Source: an uncultured Actinomycetota bacterium
GTDB taxonomy: Bacteria > Actinomycetota > Actinomycetes > Mycobacteriales > Pseudonocardiaceae
Assembly (NCBI GenBank): GCA_963825445.1
Contig: CAWGTM010000025.1
Coordinates: forward strand, 29,976 to 93,975
Direction: 5' to 3'
Length of the DNA: 64,000 nucleotides
Under the pieces are notes generated by a model, which saw nothing but the letters and a program-made list of their open reading frames with translations, did no database searches and was not told the DNA's origin. The stretch's first letter is position 1; every line of letters starts with the position of its first letter. Below, piece after piece: positions 58,483 through 64,000 of this stretch. Made by a program: the position numbers and the translations under genes.

Positions 58483-58510
58483 GGGAACCGGACGGTCGGT
58501 CCGTCCGACC
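58483..58510 (+). promoter_or_regulatory. SigC-type promoter GGGAAC-N17-CGACC
   Basis: Exact spacing, just after the TauE stop. Confidence 0.78.
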
Positions 58511-58516
58511 ATTACT

Positions 58517-58963
58517 GTGCCGGGTCCTGACGGGGAGCCGGCACTCCTGAATGGTGAGTACCGCCGGGCAGGCACAACCCCTCTGTCGGCCCGGCGTCTC
58601 CACCGACCGTGGTCGAGAGGACAAGACGCTGTACAGGTTCAGCCGCCACCACACCGAACGCAACGACAAGGTGTCGCGGGCCGACCGGATCGGCCTCTCG
58701 TGATCACGGTGATCGCAGGGGCGCTCACCCTGGCCCTCGTCGCCGGTTGCGCCTGGGCCGTGTCGGTGGGCGAGTTGAGCGCGTTCCTCGGCCGGCTGAA
58801 CCCCGTCGGCCGATTGGTGACCTACGGCGTCGTCCTGGTCCTGGTGGCGTCCGCCGGGTGGACGGTCGGCTCGGTGGCGGGACCGGCCGACGACCGACCG
58901 GTGCCGGTGGTCCCGGTGTCCGGAGACACCGGGGACGGCGGGGGCCACGGTCACGGCGGATGA
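58517..58963 (+). CDS. Small membrane protein with a His-containing tail (start uncertain, perhaps near 58775)
   Basis: RLVTYGVVLVLVASAGWTVGSVAGP...GGGHGHGG. Confidence 0.55.
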   Translation: MPGPDGEPALLNGEYRRAGTTPLSARRLHRPWSRGQDAVQVQPPPHRTQRQGVAGRPDRPLVITVIAGALTLALVAGCAWAVSVGELSAFLGRLNPVGRLVTYGVVLVLVASAGWTVGSVAGPADDRPVPVVPVSGDTGDGGGHGHGG

Positions 58964-58969
58964 GCCGCT

Positions 58970-58986
58970 GCCCGGACCGACCGGGC
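58970..58986. terminator. GC hairpin between convergent genes
   Basis: GCCCGG-ACCGA-CCGGGC. Confidence 0.35.
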
Positions 58987-59772
58987 TCAGCCGCCGAGTG
59001 CGTTGGCGATCTCCGTCGCGTTCGCCGTGTAGACATCGAGTAGGTCGAGGTCGTCGCCGGGAAAGTTGACGATGGTGACCTGCTCGGCCGAGGTGTCGGG
59101 CAGGACCGTGCCGGTCGACATGTGTGCGTTGTCGAAGACCAGGTCGGGCCCGGCGGCAGAGAGTTCCGCGAGTCGGGTGGGCGTGACGGGCTCGGGTCCG
59201 AAGGTGCCGACGGTCTGCGACCCCGTGATGACGGCCATGTAGGCCACGAAGACCTGGGTGGCCACCTTCGGCGCCTCGCCGTCCCGCCAGGACTGTTCGA
59301 CAGTGGTCCTCGCCTCCGTCAACGTGGTGTCGAACTCCTCGAGCCAGTCCTCCGCGGCGTCCTCCGTACCCAGGATGCCGGCGATCCTGCGCACCTCGGC
59401 GCGAACCACGTCCGGGGTGTTGTCGAGCCGCAGTTCCTCCATCCGCGCGTCGCCGCCGGCCGCTTCGCGGAGCCTGTCCGCGAAGCTCTCGTACTCCGCG
59501 TACAGCACGAGGTCCGCCTCGCCGACCGCTACGAGGTCCGAGGCCTTCGGGTCGTACTCGAACGCGTGCGTGATCGACGAGGGCACGACCACCGTGACGT
59601 CGGTCGCGCCGGCGGCCGCGGCGAGGGCGCCTTCCCAGGTGGTGGCGGCGACGATCTTCTTGCCGGCTTCCCCGTCCCCCGTGGTGCTCGAGCCGGCGGT
59701 GTCGTCGCCGCACGCGGTCAAGATCAGTGTCGCCGCGGTCAGCGCGGCGATCAGTGGTCGGGCGGTGTTCAC
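58987..59772 (-). CDS. ZnuA/TroA-like metal-binding lipoprotein
   Basis: Lipobox LTAC, THAFEYDPKASD, ADLVLY. Confidence 0.8.
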   Translation of the reverse strand: MNTARPLIAALTAATLILTACGDDTAGSSTTGDGEAGKKIVAATTWEGALAAAAGATDVTVVVPSSITHAFEYDPKASDLVAVGEADLVLYAEYESFADRLREAAGGDARMEELRLDNTPDVVRAEVRRIAGILGTEDAAEDWLEEFDTTLTEARTTVEQSWRDGEAPKVATQVFVAYMAVITGSQTVGTFGPEPVTPTRLAELSAAGPDLVFDNAHMSTGTVLPDTSAEQVTIVNFPGDDLDLLDVYTANATEIANALGG

Positions 59773-59773
59773 G

Positions 59774-60583
59774 TCAGGTTCTCCTCGTCGGTATCAACTG
59801 GGCCAGCAAGGCGATGGCGCCTGCCAGCAGAACGAGCACGGGGCCGGGCGGCTGGTCCAGCACGAGGGCGACCCAGAGGCCGACGACGGCCACCACCAGC
59901 CCGATGACGATCGAGGCGATGACCATGCCCGTGAGCCCGCGTCCGATCCGTCGGGCCGCCAGCGCGGGCAGCAACGTCAGCGCGTCGACCAGCAGCGCAC
60001 CGGTCAGTTTGATGGCGCCGGCGATCGACACGGCGATCACCACGAGCAGCAGAACCGTCATCGGACCGGTCCGCACTCCTGAGGCCGCCGCGAGTTCCCG
60101 GTCGTGCAGCAGCAGTGCGAGGTCCCGCCGTCGCCACCAGAACAGCGTGGGGATCACCACCGCCAGCACGCCGAGGATCGCCAGGTCCACCGGCCGGGTG
60201 GACAGGATGGACCCCCACAGCAGCTCGAACGCTCCGCCAGCGCTGACCCCGGAGATCGACAACACCAACAGCGCCACGGCGATCGCCAGGCTCATCAGAA
60301 GGCCCATGGCGCCGCTGAGCCCGCCGGACGTCGTCGCGAACGGCGCGAGCCCGCCACCGGCGACCGCGCACAGCAGCAGCGCCCACAGCAACGGGTCGGA
60401 GCCGGTCAGCATGCCGATGGCGGCACCGAGCAGCGCCACGTGCATGATCGCGAACCGCACCGGATAGATGTCCAGGCCGACGATCAGTACACCGACCGGC
60501 GGCAGTGCGATCGCACCGAGCAGCAAACCGAACCCGGCCCGCTGCACCGACGCCAGCCCCAGCAGTTCCATGACGTCGGTCAC
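59774..60583 (-). CDS. ZnuB/ABC-3 family permease
   Basis: MHVALLG, LWGSIL, DRELAAASG, GALLVDAL. Confidence 0.88.
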   Translation of the reverse strand: MTDVMELLGLASVQRAGFGLLLGAIALPPVGVLIVGLDIYPVRFAIMHVALLGAAIGMLTGSDPLLWALLLCAVAGGGLAPFATTSGGLSGAMGLLMSLAIAVALLVLSISGVSAGGAFELLWGSILSTRPVDLAILGVLAVVIPTLFWWRRRDLALLLHDRELAAASGVRTGPMTVLLLVVIAVSIAGAIKLTGALLVDALTLLPALAARRIGRGLTGMVIASIVIGLVVAVVGLWVALVLDQPPGPVLVLLAGAIALLAQLIPTRRT

Positions 60584-61211
60584 GAGGCGTCCCGCAGACG
60601 GCCGGCGGCCATCTCCACCACTCGGTCGCAGGCCCGCACCACGGCGCGGTCGTGTGTGGCGACCAGCAGTGTCACGGCGAGTCCGGCGAGCATCTCGGCT
60701 GCCTCGGCCTGTCCGTCGAAGTCCAGCGCCGCTGTCGGCTCGTCCGCGAGCAGGACCTCCGCGCCCGCCGCCACGCAGCCCACCGCTCTCGCCAGCCAGG
60801 CTCGCTGAGCCTGACCACCTGAGAGGGTGTGCACACCACGTCGCTCCAATCCGTCCAGACCGAGTCGCCGGGCCGCCTCCCGCGCGGCGTCCCGGTCGCC
60901 GCTGCTGTCGAGCAGTTCATCCACCAACAGGGGGAAACGGCCCGCCGCCCGCGACTGGGGAATCCACGCCACCATCCGCCGGCGCCGCCGCCACTGCGCC
61001 GCGCTCACCGCCTGGTGTCCACCGATCTCGACCACGCCCGCGGTGACCGGGTGGAATCCCAGCACCGCCCGCAGCAGCGTCGACTTGCCCGACCCGTTGG
61101 TGCCGACGAGTGCGACCCGCTGCCCGGCGGGCACGGTCAGGCTCACGTTCCGCACGACGACATGCCGGCCATGGCGGCACTCGACCTCGCGCAACGACAC
61201 GGCCGGCGCGG

Positions 61212-61215
<4 letters not shown>
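60580..61215 (-). CDS. ZnuC-like ABC ATPase
   Basis: GTNGSGKST, LSGGQAQR, ADEPTAALD. Confidence 0.88.
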
Positions 61216-62008
<793 letters not shown>

Positions 62009-62012
<4 letters not shown>

Positions 62013-63072
62013 GACTCGCCGAACCGGACGTCGCGGCGCGCCATCAGCATCAGGAACGCGGGTGCGCCGAGCACCGCGGTGACCACACCGACCGGGAGCT
62101 CTTCCGGTGGCATGACCGTCCGGCCGAGCAGGTCGACCGCGACCATGAACGCTGCCTCCGAGCAGGGCCGCGACCGGAGTGCAGCCGGCGGTGGTCGCTG
62201 CCGACGAGCAGCCGCGCGGCATGCGGCACGATCAGGCCGACGAACGCGATGACCCCGGACACGGCGACCGCGACGCCCGTCAGTGCCGCCGAGACGACGT
62301 ACAACAGCAGCCGGACGCGGTTCGGATCGATGCCCAGCGCCGCCGCCGTGGCGTCACCGAACAGAAGCGCGTTCAGCTGACGGGACAACAACAGCACGAC
62401 CACCACGCCCGTGACGAGCACGACCGTCGGTGCGAGGAGTTGGTCCCACCGCGCTCCGGACAGACTGCCGAGGATCCAGAACAGTGCGGAGTTGGTCGTG
62501 CCGACGTCGCGGGCCTGGAAGATCAGGAAGTTCGTGAGGCCGGTGAACCCGGCACCGATCACGATCCCCGCCAGCACCAGGCGACTGGACGAGAAGGTGC
62601 CGGTGAACCGCACGAAACCTGCCACCGCCACCAGCGCCACCGCGGCGCCGAGGAACGCCGCCACCCCGACCGACGCTCCGCCGAAGACCGCGGACCCGAG
62701 CACGAGCCAGGCGACCGCGCCCAGCGCGGCTCCCGAGGAGATGCCGAGGACGTAGGGGTCGGCGAGCGGATTGCGCATCATCGCCTGGGCCACTACGCCG
62801 ACCACCGAGAGCGCCGCGCCGACCAGGATCGCGAGCAGCACCCTCGGCAGCCGCAGGTTCCACACGATGTCGTCCTGGGTGAGGGTCCAGTTGGCCGGGT
62901 CGCCGAGTCCGGTGACGCGGTGTCCGAGGATCTCGGCGACGGTCGTCGGCGGGATGAACGCGGAGCCGATCCCGACGGCGACGACACTGAGCGTGAGCCC
63001 CGCGAGCACGAGGCCGGCGAGGACGAGCCCGGTGTGCGCACCCCCGCGTCGCGGGTCCGTCGTGGCGCCCAC
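62009..63072 (-). pseudogene. FecCD permease with two frameshifts near 62150-62185
   Basis: RLPRV, RNPLADPYVLG, IAFVGLIVPH; the C-terminal ELPVGVVTAVLGAPAF is in another frame. Confidence 0.82.
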
Positions 63073-63998
63073 TACTCGAACGCATCCGGGTGCAGTGCCC
63101 TGGCGAGGGCCTCGACCGCCTCGGCGTTGCGGGTGCCGCCGACGTAGTACGTCTCGGCGAGGACGGGGATGAACGCCCGGTTCTTCACGGCGGTCACGTT
63201 CCGGAGTGCCGGGTCGGTGGTGAAGAACGTCTCCGCCTCAGCGACCACCTGGTCGAACTCGGCCTGGGTCGCCTTGCCGAACACCTCGATGAGGATGACG
63301 TCGGGATTCCGCTCGACGACCTCCTCCCAGCCCGTGTCACCGAAGACCGTGTCGATGTCGTCGAAGACGTTCCTCCCGCCGGCCAGGGAGACGATCGCGT
63401 TCCCCAGGTGCTGGTTGCCCATGGCGTAGGCCTCGCCCCGGCCGTCCTCCCAGCTGTAGGAGAACACCGCGGGCGGCGTCGCGTCGTCGACCGCGTCGCG
63501 CACCAGGTCGAGGGTGTCCTTCATCTCCGAGACCATCGCCCCGGCTTCGTCCTCGACGTCGAAGATCGCGCCGTAGTTCGCGATGTCCTCGTACACGACC
63601 GACAGGTCGGTCACCGGGGCGTCGCGCTCGCAGGTGACCGAGTGGGCGTAGTAGCTGGCGATGCCGCGCTCGGCCAGTTCGTCCTGCGACAGCGCGCCCT
63701 TCGTGGTGTCGAAGTTCGACGGCCAGCCACCGATCACGAGATCGGGGCTCGCCGAGAGCAACTGTTCCCGCTGGACCGGCACGAAGTTGCCGGGGACGTA
63801 CTCGCCGCCGAGTCTGGGGAGCCCGTCGGCGATCTTCTGCAGGTCGGCGGGGAACGCGCCGGGGGCGACGGCCTGGACGCCGACGACCCGGTCCTCGAGT
63901 CCGAGTGCCAGCAGGAACTCCAGCACGCTGGTCGTCACCGTGGCGACGCGGGTGGGCGCGGCGGTGAACGTCGCGGTCGTGCCGGTGCAGTCGGTCAC
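63072..63998 (-). CDS. Metal-chelate ABC substrate-binding protein (5' end outside window)
   Basis: TDCTG...FTAAPTRV, GGRNVF, WEEVVERNPDVI, VTAVKN. Confidence 0.88.
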   Translation of the reverse strand: MTDCTGTTATFTAAPTRVATVTTSVLEFLLALGLEDRVVGVQAVAPGAFPADLQKIADGLPRLGGEYVPGNFVPVQREQLLSASPDLVIGGWPSNFDTTKGALSQDELAERGIASYYAHSVTCERDAPVTDLSVVYEDIANYGAIFDVEDEAGAMVSEMKDTLDLVRDAVDDATPPAVFSYSWEDGRGEAYAMGNQHLGNAIVSLAGGRNVFDDIDTVFGDTGWEEVVERNPDVILIEVFGKATQAEFDQVVAEAETFFTTDPALRNVTAVKNRAFIPVLAETYYVGGTRNAEAVEALARALHPDAFE

Positions 63999-64000
63999 CG

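Overview
High-GC actinobacterial DNA (Pseudonocardiaceae-like, inferred from gene content) forming an accessory region centred on cation and metal homeostasis. In order: the end of a kdpBC-kdpDE locus with a lysA paralogue; a frameshifted CBM10-GH134 mannanase and a PL11 lyase preceded by a CebR box; an IS256 remnant; an unexplained six-gene module (iodotyrosine-deiodinase-like flavoprotein, MerA-like disulfide reductase, CDP-alcohol phosphotransferase, ArsM-like methyltransferase, tetraether-synthase-like radical SAM enzyme, MerT-like CC membrane protein); regulators; a Na+/H+ island (CPA1 antiporter, nfeD-SPFH, an mrpEFGBCDD-x-D operon) whose three operons each begin with the same 24-nt leader motif; two TetR-ABC efflux units; cobB and mmsA remnants with an orphan cobalamin riboswitch; and an approx. 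18-kb SigC-type copper-starvation regulon marked by six GGGAAC-N17-CGAC promoters. That regulon holds an isonitrile (ScoBCDE-like) biosynthetic cluster with an atypical EntB/EntF-like ArCP plus C-A-T-TE NRPS, FabH, an MFS exporter, an ABC importer, CopZ and a P1B ATPase. A second metal ABC operon closes the window. The three best candidates for new biology are the repeated leader motif (possible riboswitch), the variant isonitrile chalkophore system and the Tes-like radical SAM module. All family assignments come from motif recognition by eye; no searches were run.
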